Assembly (NCBI RefSeq): GCF_001194135.2
Contig: NC_068998.1
Coordinates: 7,711,636-7,774,906, forward strand
Source: Octopus bimaculoides
Taxonomy: Eukaryota
Length of the DNA: 63,271 nucleotides
Reading direction: 5' to 3'
Positions within the stretch are counted from its first letter, which is position 1; every line of letters begins with the position of its first letter. The position numbers and the translations under genes are program-made. The notes beneath the pieces were generated by a model, which worked only from the letters and a program-made list of their open reading frames with translations, did not search any database and was not told where the DNA came from. Below, piece by piece: positions 12,819 to 26,610 of this stretch.

Positions 12819-13526
12819 AGAGAGAGATAAGAAGAGTGAGAGAGAGAGAAGGAAGCAGTATTGTTCTGAGAGAACTAAAGTAACATTAAAACGTCTGATT
12901 TCAAAGAACTTACCGTCGAAAGAGCGATGCCAAATATACAGTACCAAATTCGCTTCAGGAATACGTTGTACGTTTCTTGTATGGTTATGTATTTGATCAT
13001 TCAGCACTGATTCAGGACCACGTAGCAAGCAGAGACAAGCAAGTATCTTTACTACCTCAAATCGACCATGATCATAAAGCTCCGTGTAAGCGCTATCAAG
13101 GAAATTTGTGCCACGAACTACTTTAAGTTTGTCTGTTATATAACAGTAGGTCAGCCTTGATTGAGCTATCTACCGTAGAGTAAACTTCTCAAAGTAATTG
13201 GATACAGTATATTGCAAATGAATTCGGTCTGTTTATGAAAGTATATTTAGTCTTCCGCAAAGTGATTTTGATATTAAAAACGAAATAGAAAATAACATGC
13301 GAAAGAGAAAGAAAGAAAGAAAGAAAGAAAGCGACAGCGAGAGAGGGGAAGACGAGACAAGGAGCAAAGGATGAGAGCAAGCGGCAGGCGAGTGAGAATG
13401 GAAAGAGGTGAGATGTGAAGGAAAGTGCATGGGCATCTATATAAATATATCGTTTCAATATGTTTAATATATTTCTATTTCCTGCTACCTCTCTCTCACT
13501 CTTCTCGCCCTCCCTCTTTTCTCTCT

Positions 13527-13567
<41 letters not shown>

Positions 13568-13704
13568 ACATGTACATATCCATATATATATATGGGGGTG
13601 TGAAGGCGTGTGTATGTGCATATGTGCTTTTCTGCATGTGTCTTATAAACAAAGTACACACACACACACAACACACACAAACACACACACATATATATAT
13701 AGTT

Positions 13705-13845
13705 GGACAGACAGACATACAGACAGGCAGACAGACAGACAGACAGGCAGACAGACATACAGGCAGACAGACAGACAGGCAGGCAGACAGACAGACAGAC
13801 AGGCAGACAGACAGACAGACAGGCAGACAGACAGAGAGACAGAAA
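13705..13845. repeat. (CAGA)n / (CAGG) compound tetranucleotide array
   Basis: Read directly. Confidence 0.9.
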
Positions 13846-13911
13846 CATAGATTGACAGATTGATATATGCATATACAAGCTAGCATGCAAATGCCTGTCC
13901 ATACACACTTG

Positions 13912-13953
<42 letters not shown>

Positions 13954-13997
13954 AAAATACAAAATAGGACAAGAACACAAAACATCCAGACAGTTAG

Positions 13998-14359
13998 TTG
14001 TTTCAGTCATTTGACTGTGGCCATGCTGGAGCACCGCCTTTAGTCGATCAAATCGACACCAGGACTTATTCTTTGTAAGCATAGTACTTATTCTATCAGT
14101 CTCTTACGTCGAACCGCTAAATTACGGGGACATAAACACACCAGCATCGGTTGTCAATCGATGGTGTCTTAAAAAGACACACACACGCATATATATACGA
14201 CGGGCTTCTCTCAGTTTCCACCTACCAAATCCACTCACAAGGCTTTGGTCAGCCCAAAGCGATAGTAGAAGACACTTGCCCAAGGTTCTACGCAGAGGGA
14301 CTGAACCCGGTGCCGTCTGGTTGGTAAGTAAGCTACTTACTACAGAGCCACTCCTGCGC
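13998..14359 (-). mobile_element. Full-length SINE family A (~360 bp)
   Basis: Complete head (A/B boxes), CORE-like segment, short internal TA/TG run, twin stem-loop and tail; used as the reference copy. Confidence 0.9.
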
Positions 14360-14399
14360 TTATTTATCTTTATATTCTACATATTTATTTTTTATATTG

Positions 14400-14778
14400 T
14401 ATTTCATTCACTCATTGGACTGCGGCCATAGTGGGGCACCGCCTAGAATGTTTACTCAAACAAATCAACCCTATTATTTATGTTTTAAGTTGGGTACTTA
14501 ATTTATCGGTCTCTTTTGCAACTCGCTAATTTACGGGGATATAAACAAACCAATACCATGTGTCAAGAGGTGATAGGGAACAAACAGAAACATAAAGATT
14601 CCACCCCTATATATATAAGAAGATTTTTCTCAGTTTACGTCAGCCAAATCCACTCACGAACCTTTGGCAGGCGCAGGCTATGGTTGAACGAAATTAGCTA
14701 TGGTAACGTGCAGTGGAACTGAAAGGAAGGTCACACACATAGGAAGCAAGCTTCTTAAACACACAACCACGCCTCCAT
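14400..14778 (-). mobile_element. Full-length, older SINE family A
   Basis: Colinear but more diverged than the adjacent 13998-14359 copy. Confidence 0.7.
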
Positions 14779-14844
14779 ACTTATATTGAATGGTTTTTCA
14801 TACAAAAAATCTCTCCAGCTCTTTGCTCTATTATTCTTTCCAAG

Positions 14845-14947
14845 AAATAACTCAGAAAACATAAATTCTAAAAGGCATATGCTGCTCAGAAGGCAGGTAT
14901 TAGAATCATTACAATTACACATAGAAACATTATGGCAGTTCGGTCAG
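14845..14947 (+). CDS. Candidate internal exon, unknown protein (xNNSENINSKRHMLLRRQVLESLQLHIETLWQFGQ)
   Basis: Acceptor 'ttattctttccaag', donor 'CAG|gttagt'; only one open frame (phase 2 to 0). No homology recognised; could be chance. Confidence 0.25.
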
Positions 14948-15770
14948 GTTAGTTTTCTACTATTTATACTAGGGATGGTTTTGGTGCAATTGTAGCTCGC
15001 GTTAATGATATTTCTATTAAATATCTTATAACATTTATAGTCTCTGTTGTAATGCTTATCTCTAAGGCTTGGAAATATCTTGAGAATATTAAATTTATAA
15101 AGGGGATTATATAATATATCTCGCATCGTGTTTATGCGGTGCTTTGTGTACATTCAACAACAGTCATAAAATGCTCCATTGCAAAAGAAAAAGCACGAAA
15201 TATACAAATCATTCGTGAGTTTTGAGGATTTTTTTCTGTATATATAAACACAAACAAACATCGTTTCGTACTTTACCTTAGACTTTGATGATCACTTTTG
15301 TAGACAAAGATACAAAGGAGAAAGTCAAGTTAAAGCTCTCAAAAACTTTCCGTTAATGGCCTCCATGGAACTACAAATTTCATAAACTGTACGAGAATCA
15401 TTTAAAAAGAACTGCGTGTAAATATGTATGCATGCATCTCTCCCAGTATATATATANNNNNNNNNNNNNNNNNNNNNNNNNNNNNNNNNNNNNNNNNNNN
15501 NNNNNNNNNNNNNNNNNNNNNNNNNNNNNNNNNNNNNNNNNNNNNNNNNNNNNNNNNNNNNNNNNNNNNNNNNNNNNNNNNNNNNNNNNNNNNNNNNNNN
15601 NNNNNNNNNNNNNNNNNNNNNNNNNNNNNNNNNNNNNNNNNNNNNNNNNNNNNNNNNNNNNNNNNNNNNNNNNNNNNNNNNNNNNNNNNNNNNNNNNNNN
15701 NNNNNNNNNNNNNNNNNNNNNNNNNNNNNNNNNNNNNNNNNNNNNNNNNNNNNNNNNNNNNNNNNNNNNN

Positions 15771-15808
<38 letters not shown>

Positions 15809-16153
15809 TCAGGCACACGCACATATATTTTGTCTTAACCTCTTGTTCTTCGTCCTACAGAGAGAAAGAGGCAAAGAGAGAGTGGGAGGAAGAGGTGGAT
15901 AGAGAAAAAGACCTTGCAACTATTTATCAATAGTTACAAGTAGTTGTAAGCTGAATTCTCTCTTTCAGAAACTCTTCAGACAATCAAGATAAGCTAGCCA
16001 CAAAGACGGAGAGCAAGACGAGATCTTTTATTTTTGCTCTGGAGTACAAAGCTACAGACATTTTCCTACTTAGCAGATCCACTTATACGGTGAACAGTGA
16101 ATCACTGAATAAAATTGTATGCTTTAATAGAATTACATAGATGAACATACGTC

Positions 16154-16213
<60 letters not shown>

Positions 16214-16755
16214 ATATATATACATATAACAGCAAAAATTCTAGTTCAAAAATGTCTGTACGTGATCAACGTAGTAGTTGTAGTGACAAGTAATATTCGT
16301 AACCAGCTAGAGGAGATGTCCTATTGGGGCAAAAAAAAATCGCAGTAGAGTCTGCTCTAACGGACAGCGATGTTAAGGTGGCTACGCATATTACCTACNN
16401 NNNNNNNNNNNNNNNNNNNNNNNNNNNNNNNNNNNNNNNNNNNNNNNNNNNNNNNNNNNNNNNNNNNNNNNNNNNNNNNNNNNNNNNNNNNNNNNNNNNN
16501 NNNNNNNNNNNNNNNNNNNNNNNNNNNNNNNNNNNNNNNNNNNNNNNNNNNNNNNNNNNNNNNNNNNNNNNNNNNNNNNNNNNNNNNNNNNNNNNNNNNN
16601 NNNNNNNNNNNNNNNNNNNNNNNNNNNNNNNNNNNNNNNNNNNNNNNNNNNNNNNNNNNNNNNNNNNNNNNNNNNNNNNNNNNNNNNNNNNNNNNNNNNN
16701 NNNNNNNNNNNNNNNNNNNNNNNNNNNNNNNNNNNNNNNNNNNNNNNNNNNNNNN

Positions 16756-16816
<61 letters not shown>

Positions 16817-17324
16817 ATTTATATATATAATTTAGAGAAAAGAACCAAAGTTCATGAACTCATCTATGAAAATCCAGTCTCATATAGAAAAAAATTTATA
16901 AGTAAAAACACTAAAGAGAACTATACTTAGTATTTTATTATTTTAATGTTTATTATTTTAATTTTTTTGATTCAAATTCGTCAGTATTCTTGAGTTTTAA
17001 ACGTGATGCTAGTCCTCAACTATTCTGAATTTGAATTCAAGAACAGATACATATTATTTTGTTTCTAATGTGTTGGTTGTTGCTCGAATAACAATGTTTA
17101 GTCATATCATTTTTATCAAAGTTTTCATTAGTCTGATCATTAGTATTTAAGCAGAAACATATGTCAGAAAATAATTTATTTATATGAATAAATAAATAAT
17201 GGATTAATATATCTGTTTCCATTGTCAACCTTATTACATTTTCCGGGATCTACTACATTATATATATATATATATGTGTGTGTGTGTGAGAGAGATGTGT
17301 GTATGGATATAAGAATGTATGTGA

Positions 17325-17461
17325 TGTGATTCCATACAGTTTCCATCAATCAAATTCACTCATAAGCCATTGGTGTGTCTGGACTTAATGTAGAAGTCAT
17401 ATGCACGATGCGATATGTAGTTGTAAAGCCAGTTTCTTAACCACCCAGCTATGCTCGCGCC
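17325..17461 (-). mobile_element. Degenerate, internally deleted SINE family A head
   Basis: 'cagtttccatcaatcaaattcactcataagcc...tttcttaaccacccagctatgctcgcgcc'. Confidence 0.5.
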
Positions 17462-18534
17462 TGTTGGATATTATCGGCTGCAATGTATTTATACGAGCAT
17501 GCCTGCGTCTCTGTTTGTATGTACCTGGTGTTTGAGCGCGTGCGTGTGTGTGTGTGTACGTGTGTGTGTATGTGTTTGAAAGAAAAACCTGTACATTTAA
17601 GTGTTGTGTGTGTATGCATTTGTGTTTGCTAGTGTAAGTTGGCTGAAGAAATGTGTTTGTAATTTTTAAAAACCCTGGACGCCGTTGTCCAGCTACCCAA
17701 ACGCAGACAATTTACGTTTATGCTAATTTTCAAATGGAGAACGACATGCCGTGTAACAAATTTGAAGTATTTCTTCGAAACTGCACAAACTATATTAGTT
17801 TTAAAAATTACACATTCGTCTCGTTCTCTTTTCCCCAAATATTTTCGTTCCATCTACAAGTTAATATAAAAGTTTTCCAGTAAATTATATACATAATTGA
17901 GAAATGCATCCTCCTTGTTAAGAAATAAATTAGGTTTCAGCATAGATAAGACTTGCTTTTCAGATTGATCTAGTGAAATGATTTCCGAATTAACAATGAC
18001 ATATAATGCAACTGCAAGGAAATAAGATGGAAGTGGGTGATGGCATTTATTTCAAATTAGATTCCAATTTCCATCACTCTTAGAATTTCTAAATCATAGA
18101 TTTCAGGCAATAACTCAGACAAATTACAATGTTAGCTTGCTGATTCCATCGTAATTCCTTTCAATGAAAGACCAAAAGAAGGATTTTAACATATTGTCAA
18201 TGGTTGTATCATAAGTTGTCAAAATGTTGTTTGATAAACAAATTTTTGTGCTTTATTGAAAACAAAAGCAAGAAACGCATTTTATTTTGTCATTAATAAA
18301 AAAAAAAAAACTGAGCACAGCTGTGGGTGTTTGCTTAGTTATTTCTTATAAGCCTTTCAATGTACAATGAGATCTGCCCACACACGCATGCGTACGCGAA
18401 CGCACACGTTCGTAAATACACTCACATATATCGACAGAGACAGAGAGAGAGAGAGAGAGAGTCAGACAGAAGGATAACGACAAAGAAAGAAACATGTGCC
18501 TATGCGTGTATGTATGTGTACCTATACATTCACG

Positions 18535-18564
<30 letters not shown>

Positions 18565-18566
<2 letters not shown>

Positions 18567-18870
18567 GAACATCCCATCGGTTACGACGACAAGGGTCCCA
18601 GCTAATACGATCAACGGAAAAACTTGCTCGTGAAATTAACGTGCAAGTGGCTGAGTACTCCACAGACACGCGTGCCTCTAACGTAAATCACAGAGAGATT
18701 CAGCGTGACACAGAGTGTGACAAGGCTGGCCCTTTGAAATACAAGTGCTACTCATGTTTTACAAGCTGATTGGACTGGAGCAACGTGAAATAAAGTGTCT
18801 TGCTCAAGGACAAAACGCGACGCCGGGAATTGAAATCACGAACTTAGGATCGTGAGCCGAATGTCCTAAC
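18565..18870 (-). mobile_element. tRNA-derived SINE family C (CORE-like)
   Basis: Reverse complement: 'gttaggacattcggctcacgatcc...ttcaattcccggc...ccttgagcaagacactttatttcacgttgctccagtcc'. Confidence 0.85.
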
Positions 18871-19092
18871 TGAGTTGGCAGAATCGTTAGCACGCCGGGC
18901 GAAATGCTTAGCGGTATTTCATATGTCGTTACGTTCTGAGTTCAAATTCCGCCGAGGTCCACTTTGCCTTTCATCCTTTTGGCATCGATTAAATAACCAA
19001 TGGGGTCGATGTAATCGACTTAATCTCTTCGTCTGTCCTTGTTTGTCCCCTCTATGTTTAACCCTCCCCACCGTGGGCAATAAAGAAATAAA
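18871..19092 (+). mobile_element. tRNA-derived SINE family B
   Basis: 'tggcagaatcgttagcacgccgggcgaaatgcttagcgg...gagttcaaattccgccgagg...ggggtcgatgtaatcgact'. Confidence 0.9.
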
Positions 19093-19239
19093 GAAAAAAT
19101 ATTAATCAACTTTGTCTTCTTCTTCCTCTCTTCTTTTTTCACTTCTCATCTTTCTCTCTCTCTTTCTCTCTTTCCAACTCTTACTCCTCCTTTCACTTCA
19201 CCCCCACCTCTCTGACTAACTGACGTATAACGGACGAAC

Positions 19240-19770
<531 letters not shown>

Positions 19771-20734
19771 ACAATAAAGAAAAAAATAATCGAATTTCGA
19801 AACTTAGTTTAGTGGAAAATATTTTAATGTGCTAACTGGATATTACATCAGGTTATCATATGCAAATATTTGATGCAATTAATATAGTTTTCCCCCTTCA
19901 TTTTGGGGGTTTCTTTTATTTTAATATGTTTTTCAAACATATAACACTTGAACAAATATTGGATTTTGGTCATCATTCAATTTAAATTGTCTTCTGGAAG
20001 AAACATTATTGAATGCGTTGTACGTATGGAAGCATTTTATGTGTGTGTACGAGTGTATATCTGTGTGTGTGTGTGTGTATATATATATATGAATATATAT
20101 ATATATATATANNNNNNNNNNNNNNNNNNNNNNNNNNNNNNNNNNNNNNNNNNNNNNNNNNNNNNNNNNNNNNNNNNNNNNNNNNNNNNNNNNNNNNNNN
20201 NNNNNNNNNNNNNNNNNNNNNNNNNNNNNNNNNNNNNNNNNNNNNNNNNNNNNNNNNNNNNNNNNNNNNNNNNNNNNNNNNNNNNNNNNNNNNNNNNNNN
20301 NNNNNNNNNNNNNNNNNNNNNNNNNNNNNNNNNNNNNNNNNNNNNNNNNNNNNNNNNNNNNNNNNNNNNNNNNNNNNNNNNNNNNNNNNNNNNNNNNNNN
20401 NNNNNNNNNNNNNNNNNNNNNNNNNNNNNNNNNNNNNNNNNNNNNNNNNNNNNNNNNNNNNNNNNNNNNNNNNNNNNNNNNNNNNNNNNNNNNNNNNNNN
20501 NNNNNNNNNNNNNNNNNNNNNNNNNNNNNNNNNNNNNNNNNNNNNNNNNNNNNNNNNNNNNNNNNNNNNNNNNNNNNNNNNNNNNNNNNNNNNNNNNNNN
20601 NNNNNNNNNNNNNNNNNNNNNNNNNNNNNNNNNNNNNNNNNNNNNNNNNNNNNNNNNNNNNNNNNNNNNNNNNNNNNNNNNNNNNNNNNNNNNNNNNNNN
20701 NNNNNNNNNNNNNNNNNNNNNNNNNNNNNNNNNN

Positions 20735-20769
<35 letters not shown>

Positions 20770-21400
20770 TATATACGTATATATGCGTCTGTGTATGTAT
20801 GCGTGTATACGTATATGTATATACACCTAGGTGTGTGTATGTGGGTATTCATAGTCATAAATACAGCAGCCTTAGAATTATAGGTTTCTACCAGTGTATG
20901 CGTACGTATATATACGTATGTTCCGTGTATATTGGACTCTTCAAAGGATTTGGCTAAATGAAAAGTAGAGAAATGTTTCTAAAATCGCAAGATAGAGATA
21001 GAAATGGTAACGCTGTGGCAAAGAGAGAGGAGGATAGATAGAAAGAAAGAGGCAGATGGAAAAATGGAGGTGTTTGCATCTGAGAGATTAAAGACCGGAA
21101 GAAAGACAGAGGGGGGAAATATTTTGGAGGGGTTGTGAGTTGGGGGTGGACGTAAAATAGAAAAGCGAGAAGGCCAAAGCTCTCACCTCTACTGCACATC
21201 AAAGGAAAAATAGTCTGCAATTAGCATTTGGAGTATTGTAGCTGTATTTGATTGTGGTATTCGTGTCGCTATGATGGGTGTGTATATGTATGTATGTGTG
21301 TATGTATGTATGTATATTCTGTTTTGAAGTGTGGTGTGTCCGTGTGTTAGAGTATGAATGTTTGCTGAGGTGTGTGCTGTGCGCAGGTATTTGTGCGTGT

Positions 21401-21451
<51 letters not shown>

Positions 21452-21989
21452 TTTGTGTGTCTGTGTGTTTGTGTGCTCGTGGTAAGATGTGGATGGAAGA
21501 GAAATAAGATATATAAAATATATATATACACACACATATATATACATGTATATATATATATATATGTATNNNNNNNNNNNNNNNNNNNNNNNNNNNNNNN
21601 NNNNNNNNNNNNNNNNNNNNNNNNNNNNNNNNNNNNNNNNNNNNNNNNNNNNNNNNNNNNNNNNNNNNNNNNNNNNNNNNNNNNNNNNNNNNNNNNNNNN
21701 NNNNNNNNNNNNNNNNNNNNNNNNNNNNNNNNNNNNNNNNNNNNNNNNNNNNNNNNNNNNNNNNNNNNNNNNNNNNNNNNNNNNNNNNNNNNNNNNNNNN
21801 NNNNNNNNNNNNNNNNNNNNNNNNNNNNNNNNNNNNCATAAAGAAATATTGACACAATATCGAAATATGAAATATCTCTGGCAAACAGAAGATTCTCTCT
21901 GATCTAGCAACAGAAATAGTCGTTTGTTTTTTTATTCTTTTATTCTTTTATATGCTGCAGCCTTTCTCTCTTTTTTGTGTGTTTTTTTC

Positions 21990-22545
21990 TTGGTAGTGAT
22001 TAGTTCTATGAGCAATATGTGATAACGATGTTGATGATGATGATGAGGATGATGATGATGATGTTGGTGATGGTGATGATGATGATGATGATGAGGTGAT
22101 GATGATGATGTTGATAATGATGATGACGATGATAATGGCAACGATCATGATGACGGCGACGACGACGACGAAAATGACGATGGCGATGATGATGATAGTG
22201 AAGATATGTTGATGTTGATGATTCTGATAACTGTGTTGATGATGATCACTATGATAATGATGATGGTGATAATGAAGATGATTATTCGGGGAAAAACAGT
22301 AGGAGGAGGAAAAGCAACTGATTGGCGTTTGGTGGTGTTGGTCTTGTTTTAGTGGTGTTGATGGTGGTAATAGCGATAGTAATAATGGTGATGTTGATGA
22401 TAATGATGATGATGACGATGATGATGATGATGATGATGACAATGACGATGACGATGACGATGATGATGATGATGATGATGATGACGATGATTATGATGTT
22501 GATGGTGATGATGATGTTGATGTTGATGATGATGATGATGATGAG
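21990..22545. repeat. Degenerate (GAT)n/(GAC)n/(GGT)n low-complexity tract
   Basis: Read directly; source of the poly-M/S/H ORFs. Confidence 0.9.
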
Positions 22546-22662
22546 TTGAAATACCGCCGAGGTCGACTTTGCCTTTTATCCTTTCGGGGTCGATAAATTA
22601 AGTATCAGTTGCGTACTGGGGCCGATCTAATCGACTGGCCCCCTCCCACAAAATTTCGGGCC
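22546..22662 (+). mobile_element. SINE family B, 3' half
   Basis: 'ccgccgaggtcgactttgcc...gtcgataaattaagtatcagttgcgtactggggccgatctaatcgactggcccc'. Confidence 0.85.
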
Positions 22663-23457
22663 CTTCTGCCAGCTCGCCGACCGCCTTAGTGAAACTTAAA
22701 TATTACAGTATTTGTTAATGGTGATCAGAAATATCTTTGGCTGTATCCCTGAATCATATAAAAATGCTTACGGATACTTTTCCCAGACATTCATCCTTCA
22801 CGTCAAGATTTTGATAAGTTGAAAATCAAAAATTTTAACTTTCGAAACTAAAGGTCTTACAGAAAATTCTATCTTTTAGCGAGATTACGAAAACATCGGT
22901 GTTCAGCTCTCAGCAGAAACGTATCTTCTCACTGCCAAAAGCTATGTGTCTTTAGACAAGTGTTTAACAAGATAATTTTAAACCTTCAACTTACAATCTC
23001 AGAGCTTATTCTTCCTGCACCGCAAGCTATGTCCTACATTTATCGAAACATCTTTCATTTCTCATATTTCGACAATTACATTATTCCTTAATACACATGT
23101 ATAACATGCATATAACAGATTATACATTACGTTTACAAAAATCTATGGCTTTACTTGTTATTATAAATAAACTTATTTCTATATATCATTTAACATTAAC
23201 ATGTGTTTTGTAGTTATGGTTTGGATGTTGTGGTTATTTGTTGCTATTGTAGGAGGGGTGGTTGTAGTCCTGGTAGTGATTGCATTAACTGTAATGGTTG
23301 TTGGTGTTGTGATTCTGTTCAGATTATATTTGGTGCGATGGTTGTCGTAGCTGTGGTTGTAGTTAAGCCATTACAAATTATGAACCTATGAGTGCTGTGG
23401 GTACCAAGACAGCGGATATATGTGTGAGTGTCCCCCCGAATGTTTGTTTGTGTGTGT

Positions 23458-23492
<35 letters not shown>

Positions 23493-23579
23493 TGCATGTG
23501 TATGTGGTGTGTGTATTTGTATATGCACGCACACACATATACATACATACTATTTTGTCACCTGTAATATCATCGGAAC

Positions 23580-23620
<41 letters not shown>

Positions 23621-24254
23621 GTTTTCATCGTCCTCGACCTTCTTCCTTACCACTGTCCTTCTTGTCATCGCCCACATGTTCTTCAGCCCCCGAGTCAAAA
23701 TCTATCGTTCAGCTCTATCATTGACGGACAAGGAGAAAAAGAAAAAAAATTCTTTTTATTTGTTTTACAAAATATGACCATTAACAAACATGGACGAATA
23801 TTTGCAAAAGTGCCCAACAAAGAAAGCAAAGGTTCTCTATGCAACACTCAACACCACCACCAGCAAGAACAACAGCAACAACAACAACCACATCACCACC
23901 ACCACTAACATCATACCTCTATCTCTCATTTCTATAACTAACCCCCCTCCACCTGATGCTTCACCTTTTTTACTTTCTCCTCTTCCTGTAACCAACACTC
24001 TACCATCGTTACCCACCGCACTCCCTACCTGTTTTTCTTTTCTTTTCTGTACATCAACATTCAATACGTGCAAAACTCCATGGTGAATGCTGACATAATT
24101 TTATCGACATTTTCAAATAATATGAAAGATTTTTATTTTTAAAAATGGAAAGCAAACCGCAACAACAACAACAGTAACTTATGTAACGGACAATAACAAC
24201 AGCACGTTAACAACAACATTTATAAATGTTCGCATAACAAAATAAATATATACA

Positions 24255-24321
24255 TAATAATAATAACAATAATAATAATAATAAGAATATTGATAATAAT
24301 AATAATGATAATAACAATAAC

Positions 24322-24389
<68 letters not shown>

Positions 24390-24400
24390 TAATAATATTG

Positions 24401-24470
<70 letters not shown>

Positions 24471-24482
24471 TAATAATAAATA
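24255..24482. repeat. (AAT)n microsatellite
   Basis: Read directly. Confidence 0.95.
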
Positions 24483-25007
24483 AAGGAAAAATCAGCCTTT
24501 CTTAAAATGTGACATTTTTAGAAATAATGGTTGACATTTTGTGTGATTTGATTTTTCTTTTCNNNNNNNNNNNNNNNNNNNNNNNNNNNNNNNNNNNNNN
24601 NNNNNNNNNNNNNNNNNNNNNNNNNNNNNNNNNNNNNNNNNNNNNNNNNNNNNNNNNNNNNNNNNNNNNNNNNNNNNNNNNNNNNNNNNNNNNNNNNNNN
24701 NNNNNNNNNNNNNNNNNNNNNNNNNNNNNNNNNNNNNNNNNNNNNNNNNNNNNNNNNNNNNNNNNNNNNNNNNNNNNNNNNNNNNNNNNNNNNNNNNNNN
24801 NNNNNNNNNNNNNNNNNNNNNNNNNNNNNNNNNNNNNNNNNNNNNNNNNNNNNNNNNNNNNNNNNNNNNNNNNNNNNNNNNNNNNNNNNNNNNNNNNNNN
24901 NNNNNNNNNNNNNNNNNNNNNNNNNNNNNNNNNNNNNNNNNNNNNNNNNNNNNNNNNNNNNNNNNNNNNNNNNNNNNNNNNNNNNNNNNNNNNNNNNNNN
25001 NNNNNNN

Positions 25008-25088
<81 letters not shown>

Positions 25089-25974
25089 AAGCATGTAAGT
25101 GCGTATGTAATTATGTATGTATGTATGTATGTATGCATGCATGTCATTATTCAGTTTCATTCCAAGATATCTTGCCAATAGAGAAAGAGCCGGTTTCTAA
25201 CCTAGAAACACAGTGCAAGGCGTCACGTCCAATTTATTACAATTTCGCACCATCATCATCAACATCATTATCGTCACCATCATTATTCTCCTTTTCATCC
25301 ACGTCATCAACCACTTATCCTCTTACTATTCCACTCGGCTACCCCGTCCTCCTCATCGTCGTTATCATCCTCAACATATTAAGGATCTCGAGCCAAAGTT
25401 GGGCCCGGCGGATTTTGAAATTTGATCGCAAGCAGTCAGGATTCAAAGTGGCGCTGAAACGAATCACCGTGTATGAAACATATTTTTGTTGACTTAACTT
25501 TGATTAAAGTCTATCTTTTCGATTAATTACAAATTTTAGAGAAAAAAAAACTTTTTATATTTCGTTATGTAAACTTGCTAATTACTTGTTTAAAGTCATT
25601 AAAACTAATAACAACTTTGCTAAAACATGAAATAAAAGAAAAACAATTTGACAAGATAATAAAAAATTAAATACAATTTACTGAGGGATGGCATATTTAG
25701 AACATCACTTTATTATTTAGTTTTCATTTCGTACTTTTAATTACTTTTGCAATTTATAATTGCTTATGTATTTATAATTACAACTATAAAGCATTAAGTT
25801 TAGTAGTTGAAGCTGTTTTCTTTTTCTAAGGCAAATTTTAACCAGGAAAAGTTTTGCCAACTCTGATAACTATTAACTTCAATGTGGTCTTCCAAAGTAA
25901 ACTTATCCCCACCTCAGTTATTGACTGTTACATAATAATTTAGCGATTTTAAGTGTCCATAATACTTGGATACG

Positions 25975-26135
25975 TTAGCATGATACGTTAGCTTAGCGCT
26001 ATTTCGTCTGTTTTTACTTTCTGAGTTCAAATTCCGCCGAGGTCGATAAATTAAGTACCAGTTGCGTACTGGGGTCGATCTTATCGACTGGCCCCTCTCC
26101 CCAAATTTCGGGCCTTGTGCCTAGATTAGAAAAGA
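25975..26135 (+). mobile_element. SINE family B with internal deletions
   Basis: Matches 22546-22662 but lacks 27 nt between two GGTCGA hexamers. Confidence 0.85.
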
Positions 26136-26280
26136 AAAGAATACTAAATCTCCATGATCAAGCAGCAGAAAATTTAAAACCAGAGCTCATCACATTTTTG
26201 CGAAACTAGCATACTGCGCATACATACATACATGCATACATACATATATATATATATATGTATGATGTGTATGTGTTCAA

Positions 26281-26610
26281 TGGAGCAGCCTGCTCGTGAA
26301 ATTAACGTGCAAGTGGCTGAGCACTTCACAGACACGTGTACCCTTAACGTAGTTCTCGGGGAGATTCAGCGTGACGCAGTGTGACAAAGCTGGCCCTTTG
26401 AATTACAGGCACAACAAAAACAGGAAGAAAGTGTGGGAGAAAGTTGTGGTGAAAGAGTACAGCAGTGTTCGTCACCATCCCCTGCTGGAGCCTTGAGGAA
26501 CTTTTAGGTGTTTTCGCTCAATTGACGCTCACAACGCCTGGTCTGGGAATCGAAACCGCGATACTATGAAAGTGAGTCCGCTGCCCTAACCACTGGGCCA
26601 TTGCGCCTCC
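26281..26610 (-). mobile_element. SINE with a family-C 3' half and a different tRNA-like head
   Basis: 26285-26408 matches 18620-18745; 26410-26610 differs and ends in a tRNA-like head (reverse complement 'ggaggcgcaatggcccagtggttagggcagcg...ggtttcgattccc'). Confidence 0.8.

Noticed and set aside
12899-13130. 76-codon ATG-less + frame (…PNSLQEYVVRFLYGYVFDHS…) and an overlapping 93-nt minus exon candidate (12914-13006)
   Set aside because: The candidates are mutually exclusive, with no homology recognised; a rough estimate gives dozens of chance open frames this long in a window of this size and composition.
17629-18050. Several overlapping 65-76-codon open frames on both strands
   Set aside because: No consistent splice-site and phase chain, and no recognisable motif.
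25121-25492. 123-aa and 70-aa ORFs
   Set aside because: Built from a SINE tail, a (CAT)n tract and a decayed SINE-B head.
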